Source: an uncultured bacterium (lineage in GTDB: Bacteria; Patescibacteriota; Gracilibacteria; UBA1369; PNNO01). Taken from it: 32,000 bases of DNA. Position 1 is the first letter of the stretch. Every line of letters begins with the position of its first letter. The stretch covers positions 1,110,001 through 1,142,000 of the forward strand of contig OY969931.1 of NCBI GenBank assembly GCA_963704705.1, read 5' to 3'. The translations under genes were made by a program, and so were the position numbers. Below the pieces are notes generated by a model. The model did no database searches. It had not been told where the DNA came from and saw nothing but the letters and a program-made list of their open reading frames with translations. Shown one piece after another: positions 18,783 through 27,959 of this stretch.

Positions 18783-20153
18783 TTAAGCTGGTTTTCCTCC
18801 GCCAAGATTTAATTTTGGTACTGTTCTTATTACTATTGCAAGAGCCAAAACTATCACGAGAAACAACACGTAATCGCTAAACTCTGGTACAGCTCCTCCA
18901 CCTGACGTGAAGTAATTTACGAAAACTTCTCCGTTTTGAGCAGGGAAAGGAAAATTTCCAACAAGTGAATAACTTCCATCCATCGCAACTCTTGTTCCAA
19001 AACTATCAAACGAAGCTCCGCCTGAATCCTCAACTTTTTGTTCAGTTCCCCAAGTTGTCCCGCTTCTTGTGTAATAATATGCTGCACCGGTATAATCTCC
19101 ATTACTGTACCCACTTGCTCCCACTAATAACCTATCACCGCTTATAGCTATTGATGATCCGAAACCATCATCAGCCAGACCATCACTCGCTGTAACAAGC
19201 TGTTGCTCTCCCCACGTACCCACATTATTATAATAAACATACGCTGCTCCCTGATAAGTTCCGTTATCATAGCCATCTGCTCCTGCTGCAGCGTAATTTC
19301 CATTAATTGAAACTGAAAAACCTAAATCGTCATCAGCTGAAGCACCATCAAAATTTGCTACTTCATCGGTTGAGCCGTTATCCCAATCAGCACCTCCTCC
19401 TGAAGTTTTGTTGTAAATATAAACGCCACCTGCGTAACTGTTTTTAGATGACGCACCTACAATCAAATTATCTCCATCCAAATCCGGATGATCGAAATCA
19501 TCTCCGGCAGATCCATCTGATGCTGTTATTGTTGCAAGTAAAGGCCAATCTGTATTAGTATTACGTTTATAAATTTCAATTGAACCCTGTCCGCTATTAT
19601 AATGGCTGTGTGATATGGCCAGATAATCACCATCCATTGAAATATTCTGTGCCCAACCATCATTATCAGTTTCGGGACTGTTTATAGTTTCTACAAGTGA
19701 CCAAACATCGCTACCATTATTTTTATAAATATAAACATGACCTTGTGTGAATTGAAGCGTAGGTGCTGAAACAGCAGCAAAATTTCCGCTAATTGCAACT
19801 GCTTTTCCAAATCTGTATCCAGCGGTTGGTGTTGACTCTTTTAGACATTCGTTATCACCGGAATTGTCATCACAATCATTAGTACCTGTTGTATAACTCC
19901 AAGTAGTACCTGATCTTTTATAAATCCATGCAGAACCTGAATATTGGGGTTGTGAATAATAACTATCAAACGGAGCACCAACTATTGCATAATCAGCATC
20001 AAGATCAATCGTCCAGCCAAATTGATTGGCGCTTCCATTCGGGTTACTCATTGTAGATTGCTGAGCCCATGCGGCAAAAGCACTAAGAGGACCGTTGTAC
20101 GCCGCCAAAATCAATACCAGTATAATTGAAACTAAAACTCTAATTTTTTTCAT
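18783..20153 (-). CDS. Secreted FG-GAP-like repeat protein with a C-terminal PEF/TM/basic sorting-like signal
   Basis: Signal peptide (MKKIRVLVSIILVLILAAYNGPLSAFAA); repeated units of the type FGxSVAISGDxLxVGAxG...GAAYVY; C-terminus VPEFSDYVLFLVIVLALAIVIRTVPKL. Confidence 0.85.
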   Translation of the reverse strand: MKKIRVLVSIILVLILAAYNGPLSAFAAWAQQSTMSNPNGSANQFGWTIDLDADYAIVGAPFDSYYSQPQYSGSAWIYKRSGTTWSYTTGTNDCDDNSGDNECLKESTPTAGYRFGKAVAISGNFAAVSAPTLQFTQGHVYIYKNNGSDVWSLVETINSPETDNDGWAQNISMDGDYLAISHSHYNSGQGSIEIYKRNTNTDWPLLATITASDGSAGDDFDHPDLDGDNLIVGASSKNSYAGGVYIYNKTSGGGADWDNGSTDEVANFDGASADDDLGFSVSINGNYAAAGADGYDNGTYQGAAYVYYNNVGTWGEQQLVTASDGLADDGFGSSIAISGDRLLVGASGYSNGDYTGAAYYYTRSGTTWGTEQKVEDSGGASFDSFGTRVAMDGSYSLVGNFPFPAQNGEVFVNYFTSGGGAVPEFSDYVLFLVIVLALAIVIRTVPKLNLGGGKPA

Positions 20154-20205
20154 ACAGAAAAAATTAATAGATATAAACTAAATTATTTTAACAATTAAAA
20201 CTATA

Positions 20206-20859
20206 CTAGTCAAAAATGTACATCTTTTCGCCCAAAATAGGCTCAGGTTTAATTATATGAACATCAAGAAATGCCAGCAAAATTGCTGGTATTTCTCTTA
20301 GATTATAATAAGCCTGGTCCTTGTACTCCTGGCGGCTCGCAGAAACGCCAATAACGTCTATTCCCAGAGCGCGACAAGTATATAGAGCTCTGTATAAATG
20401 GTATTCCTGAGTAACAAGAATTGCTTTATCTATGCCGAATATTTCTTTTGCACGATAACAAGTGTCGTATGTGCGGCGTCCTGCAAAATCCATAATCAAA
20501 TCATCTTCATCAACAGATAAAATTTTGCCAAATCTCTTCATTACAATAGGCTCATTGTAGTTTTCAACGCGATTATCACCGGACATTATAATTTTTTCCA
20601 CTTTGCCCTTATTGTAAAGGTCTACAGCCGTAATAATACGGTCCTGCAAAATATCACTAGGCAACAAAGTTGCAGGATTAACAGCTGCACCAAATACAAT
20701 GGCTGCAGGTCGCTCATCAAGTTGCTCTATATCTTTATATGAGTAAATAAGCTCTTCTGTACTCGATTTCACGTACCAAAGTATTGAAGTAAGCATTATT
20801 AATACAAATAAAATTGCAAGCAGACCGATTGTTACGATTTTTTTCACAGGAATTGACAT
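20206..20859 (-). CDS. SanA/YdcF-like (DUF218 superfamily) membrane-anchored protein
   Basis: N-terminal TM, then AAIVFGAAV...LQDRIITAVDLYNKGKVEKIIMSGDNR...YDTCYRAKEIFGIDKAILVTQEYHLYRALYTCRALGIDVIGV. ATG 20859 is preferred over the TTG at 20880. Confidence 0.85.
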   Translation of the reverse strand: MSIPVKKIVTIGLLAILFVLIMLTSILWYVKSSTEELIYSYKDIEQLDERPAAIVFGAAVNPATLLPSDILQDRIITAVDLYNKGKVEKIIMSGDNRVENYNEPIVMKRFGKILSVDEDDLIMDFAGRRTYDTCYRAKEIFGIDKAILVTQEYHLYRALYTCRALGIDVIGVSASRQEYKDQAYYNLREIPAILLAFLDVHIIKPEPILGEKMYIFD

Positions 20860-20874
20860 AGATGTGTTTACATA

Positions 20875-20904
20875 TTGCAATTACATGCTGTTTTGGGGTA
20901 TAAT
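20875..20904 (+). promoter_or_regulatory. Candidate promoter for ORF 20934
   Basis: TTGCAA (20875-20880), 18-nt spacer, TATAAT (20899-20904). Confidence 0.5.
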
Positions 20905-20933
20905 ATAGTAAAGTAAAATTAACAAAAACAAAA

Positions 20934-21353
20934 ATGAAAAATTACTTTTCAGAAAACCGTTTAGTTTTCATGGGCATGGAAGGTGGCCCAAGTGGAACAC
21001 CTGAAGCTGCAGAAGCTGCTAAAGTTTCACCTGAAACCACAGCAAGCTTATCATTTAAATTTTTAAAGCTTGGCAAAAATTTTGATGCAAATCAATTACA
21101 AACAGCAGCAAAAAATTTCGTTAATAAAGAACCAAATCAATTAAATAGAATTAATAAAATTAAAAGCTATTTGCAACAAAACATTCCTGATTTTAATTCT
21201 CATGCAAAAGGCAAACTTGCAGACCAAGCACAAGAAATAGCTTCAAAAATGGAAAGCGGTATCAATGCTATTGCTTTTTCTCCAATAAAAAAGTTAGACA
21301 AAATGGTAAAAGCATATAATAAAGATAAAAATAAAGAGAGAGGAAATGCTTAA
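20934..21353 (+). CDS. 139-aa hypothetical protein with N-terminal 'FSENRLVF' motif
   Basis: MKNYFSENRLVFMGMEGGPSGTPEAAEAAKVSP...; complete ORF with an upstream promoter-like sequence. Confidence 0.7.
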   Translation: MKNYFSENRLVFMGMEGGPSGTPEAAEAAKVSPETTASLSFKFLKLGKNFDANQLQTAAKNFVNKEPNQLNRINKIKSYLQQNIPDFNSHAKGKLADQAQEIASKMESGINAIAFSPIKKLDKMVKAYNKDKNKERGNA

Positions 21354-21363
21354 TAATTATATT

Positions 21364-22137
21364 ATGAATAATCTATTTTCAGAAAATCGTTTGGTGTACA
21401 GAGGCGGCGGTGACAGGCCGCGTCCTCGAGAAGCTGTAAATGAAAGCAGTGAAGTTCCTAATGGGAAAATGCTTCCTTTGGCAAAAAAAATGGTTAAAGA
21501 CATGATTGATGGTAATAATGGTTTGAGTAGAAGTAAATTTGCCAAACTTAAAAGCCAACCTGATAAACAGAAGAAAATGATAGAAAGCTGGCTTAAAAAT
21601 ACTGGCCTATCTAAAAAAGAAAAAGAAAACCTTATGGGAACTGACACAATAACCGAATATTATATTGGAAATAAAAAAGTAAGTCCTGACAAAGTTGCCA
21701 ATGAGGTGCACACTTTTATAAAAGATAAAGCGAACCAGAAAAAAATCATGGATGCTATTAAAAAAGAAAAACAACAGTCCGAACAAACAAGGCAATCTAC
21801 AGAAACAACCACTCAATTTAAAGAAAACAATAGCTGGCCAAGTCAAAGAGCTGCAAATATAGCATCAAGCTTTTACTCAAATACACTACAGAAAGCTGCT
21901 CAAAAAGCCATGAAGCTTACATCTAATGTAAGAGAAAGAAATAAAATTACTCCGGATAAAGTTAAAAATAAAATCAATAGTGTAATACAACCTGGTGCTC
22001 ATATTGCTGAAATTAGAGCAAACTGGGGAATAGACTCGGAAAATATTAAATTCAACGGACCAAAAGCATGGCCGATGATAAATACCTCTGCTAAAAGACG
22101 ACAATTACAAAATAAAATACTACGTTCAATAGTGTAA
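21364..22137 (+). CDS. 257-aa hypothetical protein with N-terminal 'FSENRLVY' motif
   Basis: MNNLFSENRLVYRGGGDRPRPREAVNESSEVP...; the track start at 21346 is also possible and would overlap the previous stop. Confidence 0.7.
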   Translation: MNNLFSENRLVYRGGGDRPRPREAVNESSEVPNGKMLPLAKKMVKDMIDGNNGLSRSKFAKLKSQPDKQKKMIESWLKNTGLSKKEKENLMGTDTITEYYIGNKKVSPDKVANEVHTFIKDKANQKKIMDAIKKEKQQSEQTRQSTETTTQFKENNSWPSQRAANIASSFYSNTLQKAAQKAMKLTSNVRERNKITPDKVKNKINSVIQPGAHIAEIRANWGIDSENIKFNGPKAWPMINTSAKRRQLQNKILRSIV

Positions 22138-22155
22138 AAATTCCTAAAATACCTA

Positions 22156-22184
22156 TTGACTTCTATATGTTGCTCACTTATACT
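22156..22184 (+). promoter_or_regulatory. sigma70-type promoter for the rplC operon
   Basis: TTGACT (22156-22161), 17-nt spacer, TATACT (22179-22184). Confidence 0.75.
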
Positions 22185-22192
22185 GGGCCGGC

Positions 22193-22268
22193 AACATGTT
22201 TTTTTATGTTACACGTTCGGTTTAAGGGCGCCGCATAAACAAGGCAAAAACGAAAGATCTTTAAACCG
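22193..22268 (+). promoter_or_regulatory. Structured leader upstream of rplC
   Basis: AACAT/ATGTT (22193-22210) and a long-range 10-bp helix CGGTTTAAGG (22218-22227) / CTTTAAACCG (22259-22268). Confidence 0.5.
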
Positions 22269-22288
22269 CATTAACCAATTTAGTAAAC

Positions 22289-22882
22289 ATGCTAGGAATA
22301 CTTGGAAAAAAATTAGGTATGACTCGTGTCATTCAAGACGACGGTCGTGTGATCCCGATTACTCTTATACAGTGTGAACCAAACGAGGTACACCAGGTAA
22401 AGACACAAGAGAAAGACGGATATCCGGCGATAGTCCTTGGTTTTTCTAAATTAGCAAAGCCAAAAAAGACTAAAAAATTCGCTCATTTAAAAGAAGTACG
22501 TATTGAAGAAGGTGAAGAATATAAAAAAGGTGACTCAATCGGATTGGATAAATTCAATGAAATTAAAGAAGTTGAAATAAGCGGAATTTCAAAAGGTAAA
22601 GGTTTTCAGGGAGTTATTAAAAGATGGAACTTTTCAAGAGGACCTGAATCACACGGATCGCACCACCACAGAGAACCAGGTTCAGTTGGTGCTTGTGCTG
22701 CTCCCGGAAGAGTAGATAAAGGTAAAAAGATGCCTGGTCACATGGGTACTGATAAAATCACATTGAAAAAAGTTAAGGTAGAATACCTTGATGCAAAAAA
22801 TAACCTTATTGGTTTAAGAGGTGCCGTTCCGGGACCTAACAGAGGATTAATATTTATTAAAGCTAACGCAACTACTAAATAA
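22289..22882 (+). CDS. rplC: 50S ribosomal protein L3 (uL3)
   Basis: MLGILGKKLGMTRVIQDDGRVIPITLIQ...GFQGVIKRWNFSRGPESHGSHHHREPGSVGA...KKMPGHMG. Confidence 0.98.
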   Translation: MLGILGKKLGMTRVIQDDGRVIPITLIQCEPNEVHQVKTQEKDGYPAIVLGFSKLAKPKKTKKFAHLKEVRIEEGEEYKKGDSIGLDKFNEIKEVEISGISKGKGFQGVIKRWNFSRGPESHGSHHHREPGSVGACAAPGRVDKGKKMPGHMGTDKITLKKVKVEYLDAKNNLIGLRGAVPGPNRGLIFIKANATTK

Positions 22883-22884
22883 TA

Positions 22885-23556
22885 ATGAAAGCAGACTTAT
22901 ACACACAAACAGGAGAGAAAAAAGGACAAGTTGAATTAAAAAAAGAATTTTTTGAAGTTCCTTATAATAGAGATTTGATTCACCAGGCGCTTGTGCGTCA
23001 GCAGGCTAATGCAAGAGCTCCGTTTGCTCACACTCTTCAAAGAGGTGAAGTTAACGCGACTAACAAAAAGCCGCACAGACAAAAAGGAACTGGTTATGCA
23101 AGACAGGGTTCAAGAGTTGGCCCTCATATGAGAGGCGGAGGAATAGTGTTTGGTCCTAGAAAAGAAAGAAACTACACTGTGGCAATGCCAAAGAAACAAA
23201 GAAGAAAAGCTTTGTTCTCAGCATTATCAGTAAAAGCGAGAGATAATCAGATTATGGCTTTGGAAGGATATGAAGGAGAAGTTAAGACAAAATCATTTGC
23301 AGAAATGATCGCAAAATTACCAATTGAAAGAAATGTATTAGTTGTTATACCAGAGAAAAACGTAGTGATCCAAAGATCATCAAATAATCTACCTAATGTT
23401 AAAACTATTTTAGTTGGATATCTAAATATAGCTGATCTGCAGAAATACAGAAATGTTCTGTTCCTGAAAGATGCCCTTACTAAAATGGAAGAAGTTTTCC
23501 AGAGTGAGAAGGGCGCAGCGAAAGCGACCTCTAAATCTACTAAAACTAAAGAATAA
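22885..23556 (+). CDS. rplD: 50S ribosomal protein L4 (uL4)
   Basis: HQALVRQQANARAPFAHTLQRGEVNATNKKPHRQKGTGYARQGSRVGPHMRGGGIVFGPRKERNY. Confidence 0.97.
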   Translation: MKADLYTQTGEKKGQVELKKEFFEVPYNRDLIHQALVRQQANARAPFAHTLQRGEVNATNKKPHRQKGTGYARQGSRVGPHMRGGGIVFGPRKERNYTVAMPKKQRRKALFSALSVKARDNQIMALEGYEGEVKTKSFAEMIAKLPIERNVLVVIPEKNVVIQRSSNNLPNVKTILVGYLNIADLQKYRNVLFLKDALTKMEEVFQSEKGAAKATSKSTKTKE

Positions 23557-23558
23557 TT

Positions 23559-23885
23559 ATGGACCTACATCAAGTATTAAAAGATCCGGTAACTACAGAA
23601 AAGAGCACAATGCTCTCAGATAAAGGCAAATATGTGTTTATTATCAATAAATTTGCAACAAAAATTGATGTGAAAAATGCTATAAAAGCAATTTACGATG
23701 CAGACGTTGAAAAAGTGACAATCACTCCGATAATGCCAAAATCAAGATACGTGGGAAGAAAAATATTCATGAAGAGAAAACCAATGAAAAAAGCGACTAT
23801 AACAATTAAAGGAGGAAAATCTATAGATATCACAAAATTTAAAGATTCAAAAAAATCTAAATCTAAACCTAAACCTAAGAAATAA
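23559..23885 (+). CDS. rplW: 50S ribosomal protein L23 (uL23)
   Basis: VLKDPVTTEKSTMLSDKGKYVFIINKFATKIDVKNAIKAIYDADVEKVTI. Confidence 0.95.
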   Translation: MDLHQVLKDPVTTEKSTMLSDKGKYVFIINKFATKIDVKNAIKAIYDADVEKVTITPIMPKSRYVGRKIFMKRKPMKKATITIKGGKSIDITKFKDSKKSKSKPKPKK

Positions 23886-23887
23886 CA

Positions 23888-24733
23888 ATGGCTGTAAAAA
23901 CAGTTAAACCAACAACACCGGGACGAAGAAATATGAGCGCTTACACCTTTGAAGAGCTTACTAAGAGCAAACCTGAAAAAAGACTGATTAAAAGACTAAA
24001 CAAGAGATCAGGAAGAAATAATCAGGGTAAACTTACAATAAGACACAGAGGCGGAGGGCACAAAAGAATGTATAGAATTCTTGATTTCAAAAGAACTGAC
24101 AAGCACAACATTGAAGGAAGAGTTGTTGCGGTTGAATACGATCCATACAGAACAGCATATATTGCTTTAGTTCAATATACTGACGGAGAAAGAAGATATC
24201 ATCTTGCTCCGCAGGGACTAAAAATAGACGACAAATTACTTTGCGCAGAAAAAACTAAATTAAAACCAGGCAACAGAATGCTGATTAAAAATTTCCCTGT
24301 TGGATTCATGGTTTACAACATTGAATTAAGTACAGGAAAAGGCGGACAGATTGTAAGATCTGCAGGATCAGCAGCAAAAGTTGTTTCGCAGGAAGATGAA
24401 AGACACACACAGATTCAATTGCCATCAGGCGAAGTAAGGCTTGTAAACAAAGCTTGTTACGCAACCTATGGAACAGTAGGAAATATAGAACATTCAAATA
24501 TTAAAATAGGTAAAGCAGGAAGAATGAGAAATATGGGAAGAAGACCACAAGTAAGAGGTAAGGTAATGAATCCGTGCGATCATCCACATGGTGGTGGTGA
24601 AGGAAATCAGCCAATTGGTTTGAAACATCCTAAAACACCTTGGGGAATGCCAGCACTTGGATTCAAGACAAGAAGACGTAAATATTCAGATAAACATATT
24701 CTTAAATCACGTAAATATGGCAAGAAGCAGTAA
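23888..24733 (+). CDS. rplB: 50S ribosomal protein L2 (uL2)
   Basis: [31 protein letters not shown]...[28 protein letters not shown]. Confidence 0.99.
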   Translation: MAVKTVKPTTPGRRNMSAYTFEELTKSKPEKRLIKRLNKRSGRNNQGKLTIRHRGGGHKRMYRILDFKRTDKHNIEGRVVAVEYDPYRTAYIALVQYTDGERRYHLAPQGLKIDDKLLCAEKTKLKPGNRMLIKNFPVGFMVYNIELSTGKGGQIVRSAGSAAKVVSQEDERHTQIQLPSGEVRLVNKACYATYGTVGNIEHSNIKIGKAGRMRNMGRRPQVRGKVMNPCDHPHGGGEGNQPIGLKHPKTPWGMPALGFKTRRRKYSDKHILKSRKYGKKQ

Positions 24734-24986
24734 AAAAGGGCCATTCGTTGATCCTCGATTACTCAAAAAAATAGATAAGATGAATGATAGCGGCAAGAAC
24801 AATGTTATTAAAACATGGTCTCGAAGCTGTGACATCGCGCCTGAATTCGTTGGTCACACATTCGGAGTCCACAATGGCAAACAACATATTCCTGTATTCG
24901 TTACAGAAAATATGGTTGGCCACAAACTGGGAGAATTCGCTCCTACTCGTAAATTTAAAGCCCACGGAGGTAAACTAGCTAAATAA
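24717..24986 (+). CDS. rpsS: 30S ribosomal protein S19 (uS19)
   Basis: [19 protein letters not shown]...[54 protein letters not shown] 24717 overlaps rplB by 17 nt. Confidence 0.97.
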   Translation: MARSSKKGPFVDPRLLKKIDKMNDSGKNNVIKTWSRSCDIAPEFVGHTFGVHNGKQHIPVFVTENMVGHKLGEFAPTRKFKAHGGKLAK

Positions 24987-25030
24987 CAGTCATGAGCCGC
25001 GAGGCGAATGACCAATCCTAATATTAAAAA

Positions 25031-25477
25031 ATGAAAGCAATCGCAAAACATGTAAGGATATCACCAAAAAAAGCAAATTTAGTTGCCGGATTGGTTAGAA
25101 GTAAAAATGCAGTGGAAGCACTTGATATCTTGAAATTCACACCTAAAAAAGCAGCAAAAATTCTTTATAAGGTTCTGCACAGCGCAGTTGCAAACGCTGA
25201 AAACAACTTTAAACAGAATAAAGACGCATTAATAGTAAAAGAAATTGTAGTAACTGAAGGACGCACATTAAAAAGAAGTGTTCCAATCTCAAGAGGAAGA
25301 GTTCATCCGATTCTAAAAAGGTCATCTCACATAACTATTACAGTAGGATTACCAGAAGGCGTAGCGACTGAAAATAAGGAAAAAGAAGAACCTAAAAAAG
25401 AAAAGGCTGAAAAAAAACCTGAAGTTAAAAAAGAAGTTAAACCTAAAAAAGCTACTAAAACAACTAAATCTAAATAA
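25031..25477 (+). CDS. rplV: 50S ribosomal protein L22 (uL22) with a lysine-rich C-terminal tail
   Basis: MKAIAKHVRISPKKANLVAGLVRSKNAVEALDILKFTPKKAAKILYKVLHSAVANAENN...GRVHPILKRSSHITITV. Confidence 0.96.
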   Translation: MKAIAKHVRISPKKANLVAGLVRSKNAVEALDILKFTPKKAAKILYKVLHSAVANAENNFKQNKDALIVKEIVVTEGRTLKRSVPISRGRVHPILKRSSHITITVGLPEGVATENKEKEEPKKEKAEKKPEVKKEVKPKKATKTTKSK

Positions 25478-25480
25478 TCT

Positions 25481-26284
25481 ATGGGACAAAAAGTCAATCC
25501 AGTTAGCATGCGTATGAAAGTGAATCGATTATGGGATTCAAAATGGTATGCAAACAAGAAAAAATATCATAAAACATTACACGAAGACTTTGCTATCGAA
25601 GATATGATACGCGGAAAATTGGTTGATTCAGGTGTTTCACAGGTTGAAATTTTAAGAACAGCAAACGCTGTTGTAATAAATGTTCACACTGCAAAACCAG
25701 GTTTAATTATCGGTCGCGGTGGTGAAACAATCGAAGCATTAAGAGAAAAATTAGAGAAAAAATTCGGAAGCCAATTCAATGTTAATATCCTTGAAATTAA
25801 AAATCCGGCAATTGATGCGCTTTTAGTAGCAGAATCAATTGCAAAGCAGATCGAAAGAAGAATCTCTTATAGAAGAGCTGCAAAAATGGCTATCGATAAA
25901 GCAATGGAAGGCGGAGCTCAGGGAGCAAAAGTAAGAGTTGGAGGAAGACTTAACGGAGTGGAAATCGCAAGAAATGAATTCTTCTCAAAAGGAAAAATTC
26001 CTCTACACACATTCAGGGCAAATATCGATTACGCTTATACCCCTGCAAATACAACTTATGGAGCAATCGGAGTTAAAGTATGGATTTACAAAGGTGATGT
26101 ATTCAAACACGACAGAGCGAGCGAAGCGAGCTCTATGGAAGGAGCGTCAGCGACTGAAGCGGGGAAAAAAGATGAACAAAGGAAAGAAACTAAATCAGAA
26201 AAACCCGCACCAAAAAAAGCTCCGGCAAAAAAACCGATAGCAAAGAAAAAAACTACTACAAGCAAAAGTAACTCTAAAAAATAA
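25481..26284 (+). CDS. rpsC: 30S ribosomal protein S3 (uS3) with a C-terminal extension
   Basis: [26 protein letters not shown]...[22 protein letters not shown]...[31 protein letters not shown]. Confidence 0.98.
   Translation: MGQKVNPVSMRMKVNRLWDSKWYANKKKYHKTLHEDFAIEDMIRGKLVDSGVSQVEILRTANAVVINVHTAKPGLIIGRGGETIEALREKLEKKFGSQFNVNILEIKNPAIDALLVAESIAKQIERRISYRRAAKMAIDKAMEGGAQGAKVRVGGRLNGVEIARNEFFSKGKIPLHTFRANIDYAYTPANTTYGAIGVKVWIYKGDVFKHDRASEASSMEGASATEAGKKDEQRKETKSEKPAPKKAPAKKPIAKKKTTTSKSNSKK
26108..26163 (+). repeat. Dispersed GAGCGAAGCGAGC-type element, in-frame copy inside rpsC
   Basis: gacagagcgagcgaagcgagctctatggaaggagcgtcagcgactgaagcgggg, read as [18 protein letters not shown] in the C-terminal extension. 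Confidence 0.7.
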
Positions 26285-26286
26285 TT

Positions 26287-26709
26287 ATGCTCGCACCAAA
26301 AAGATTAAAATTCAGAAAATTGCATAGAGGCAGAAGCCAGCTTAAAGGAAAATCTATGCGCGGAAATATGATTAGTTTCGGTGATTACGCATTGAAATCA
26401 ATTACTGCGGGTGAAGTTAATTCAAGGCAAATAGAAGCTGCCAGAAGAGCAATCACACACTATTGTAAAAGAGGCGGGAAAATATGGATTAGAGTATTCC
26501 CAATGAAACCTATAACTATAAAAGGTGCGGAAACTCCAATGGGTAGCGGTAAAGGTGCTGTGGACAGATACGTAGATGTAGTAAAACCAGGAAAAATTAT
26601 ATTTGAAATGAACGGTGTTACAGAAGAAATAGCAAAAGAAGCTTTAAAAAGAGCTGCACACAAATTACCTGTTCAATGCAAAATTATATCAGCACATAAA
26701 CATCAATAA
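26287..26709 (+). CDS. rplP: 50S ribosomal protein L16 (uL16)
   Basis: [27 protein letters not shown]...[39 protein letters not shown]. Confidence 0.98.
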   Translation: MLAPKRLKFRKLHRGRSQLKGKSMRGNMISFGDYALKSITAGEVNSRQIEAARRAITHYCKRGGKIWIRVFPMKPITIKGAETPMGSGKGAVDRYVDVVKPGKIIFEMNGVTEEIAKEALKRAAHKLPVQCKIISAHKHQ

Positions 26710-26711
26710 AC

Positions 26712-26936
26712 ATGTTAACTCTACAGGAACTTAAAAAATTATCAGTAAAAGAATTAAATGAAGAATTTGCGCAGGCTTCAAAAGATCTGTTTAAAACTAA
26801 ATTCGAAGTAAGCACAGGAGTATCAAAAGCAAATCATGAAATCGGGAAATTAAGAAGATACAGAGCACAAATAAAAACAACCAAGAAAAGCATGGAAATC
26901 AAAGAAAAAAGTGATTTCCAATCTCAAAAGAATTAA
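26712..26936 (+). CDS. rpmC: 50S ribosomal protein L29 (uL29)
   Basis: MLTLQELKKLSVKELNEEFAQASKDLFKTKFEVSTGVSKANHEIGKLRRYRAQIKT. Confidence 0.93.
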   Translation: MLTLQELKKLSVKELNEEFAQASKDLFKTKFEVSTGVSKANHEIGKLRRYRAQIKTTKKSMEIKEKSDFQSQKN

Positions 26937-26951
26937 TAACTATCTAAAACT

Positions 26952-27188
26952 ATGAGAACAATAACAGGCATAGTGACAAGCAAAAAAATGGATAAGACCC
27001 TTGTACTTACAGTTGATTCTTACAAAAATCATCCTAAATACAAGAAAAGATACAGAGTTTCAAAAAAATTCTATGTAGATAATCCTGAAAATAAATTCGA
27101 AGTTGGAGAAAAAATCACAGTATACGAAAGCAAACCTTTGAGTAAATTGAAAAGATGGACCACCAGAGCGACTGAAGCAAAATCATAA
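26952..27188 (+). CDS. rpsQ: 30S ribosomal protein S17 (uS17)
   Basis: RTITGIVTSKKMDKTLVLTVDSYKNHPKYKKRYRVSKKFYVDNPENKFEVGEKITVYESKPLSKLKRW. Confidence 0.96.
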   Translation: MRTITGIVTSKKMDKTLVLTVDSYKNHPKYKKRYRVSKKFYVDNPENKFEVGEKITVYESKPLSKLKRWTTRATEAKS

Positions 27189-27212
27189 AAAATTAACTAT
27201 TAATTAAAAGCA

Positions 27213-27581
27213 ATGATTCAACCGGAAACTAAATTACAGGTAGCAGACAATACAGGCGCTAAAATGGTGAAATGTATTAAAGTGCTTGGAGGATCAAAAA
27301 GAAGATATGCATCAATTGGAGATATCATAGTTGTATCTGTAAAAGAAGCTGCGCCAAAGGGAATTGTTAAGAAAAAATCTGTTGAAAAGGCAGTGATAGT
27401 AAGATGTCAAAACGCAGTAGGAAGAAAAGATGGTTCATATATTAGATTCGATGAAAATGCAGTTGTAATTGTAAATAAAGATATGCAGCCGAAAGGAACC
27501 CGTGTATTTGGACCGGTTGCAAGAGAGTTAAGAGAAAAAGGGTTCCAAAAAATTATATCATTAGCACCAGAAGTAATTTAA
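27213..27581 (+). CDS. rplN: 50S ribosomal protein L14 (uL14)
   Basis: [48 protein letters not shown]...[44 protein letters not shown]. Confidence 0.98.
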   Translation: MIQPETKLQVADNTGAKMVKCIKVLGGSKRRYASIGDIIVVSVKEAAPKGIVKKKSVEKAVIVRCQNAVGRKDGSYIRFDENAVVIVNKDMQPKGTRVFGPVARELREKGFQKIISLAPEVI

Positions 27582-27587
27582 ATAACT

Positions 27588-27914
27588 ATGAAAATTAAAG
27601 TAAATGACAATGTATTGGTAATTACAGGTAAAGATCGCGGTAAAAGCGGTAAAGTATTAAGAACATTGGCAAAAGATGAAAGAGTTGTAGTGGAAAAAGT
27701 TAATATGAGAACTAAACACATTAAAAAATCTCAAACAAGACCGGGCAGCAAAATTACTTTTGAAGCTCCAATGAATGTAAGCAATGTTATGGCTGTATGC
27801 CCTAGCTGCAAAAAAACAACAAGAGTAGGTTACAAGAAATTAGAAAGCGGAAGAAAACAAAGAGTATGTAAAAAATGTAATGAATCACTTGATAAAATTG
27901 AATCTAAAAAATAA
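27588..27914 (+). CDS. rplX: 50S ribosomal protein L24 (uL24)
   Basis: MKIKVNDNVLVITGKDRGKSGKVLRTLAKDERVVVEKVNMRTKHIKKSQ...CPSCKKTTRVGYKKLESGRKQRVCKKC. Confidence 0.96.
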   Translation: MKIKVNDNVLVITGKDRGKSGKVLRTLAKDERVVVEKVNMRTKHIKKSQTRPGSKITFEAPMNVSNVMAVCPSCKKTTRVGYKKLESGRKQRVCKKCNESLDKIESKK

Positions 27915-27959
27915 CGGACGCGAGCGACAGCGAAGCGTCTAAATCCCTAACTGAAAAAA

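Noticed and set aside
24657-24716. 20-aa N-terminal extension of rpsS
   Set aside because: It lies inside rplB in another frame; canonical uS19 starts [10 protein letters not shown] at 24717.
27838-27890. Zinc-ribbon (CPSC...CKKC) in uL24
   Set aside because: This C-terminal Cys pattern is common in bacterial uL24 and is not unusual.
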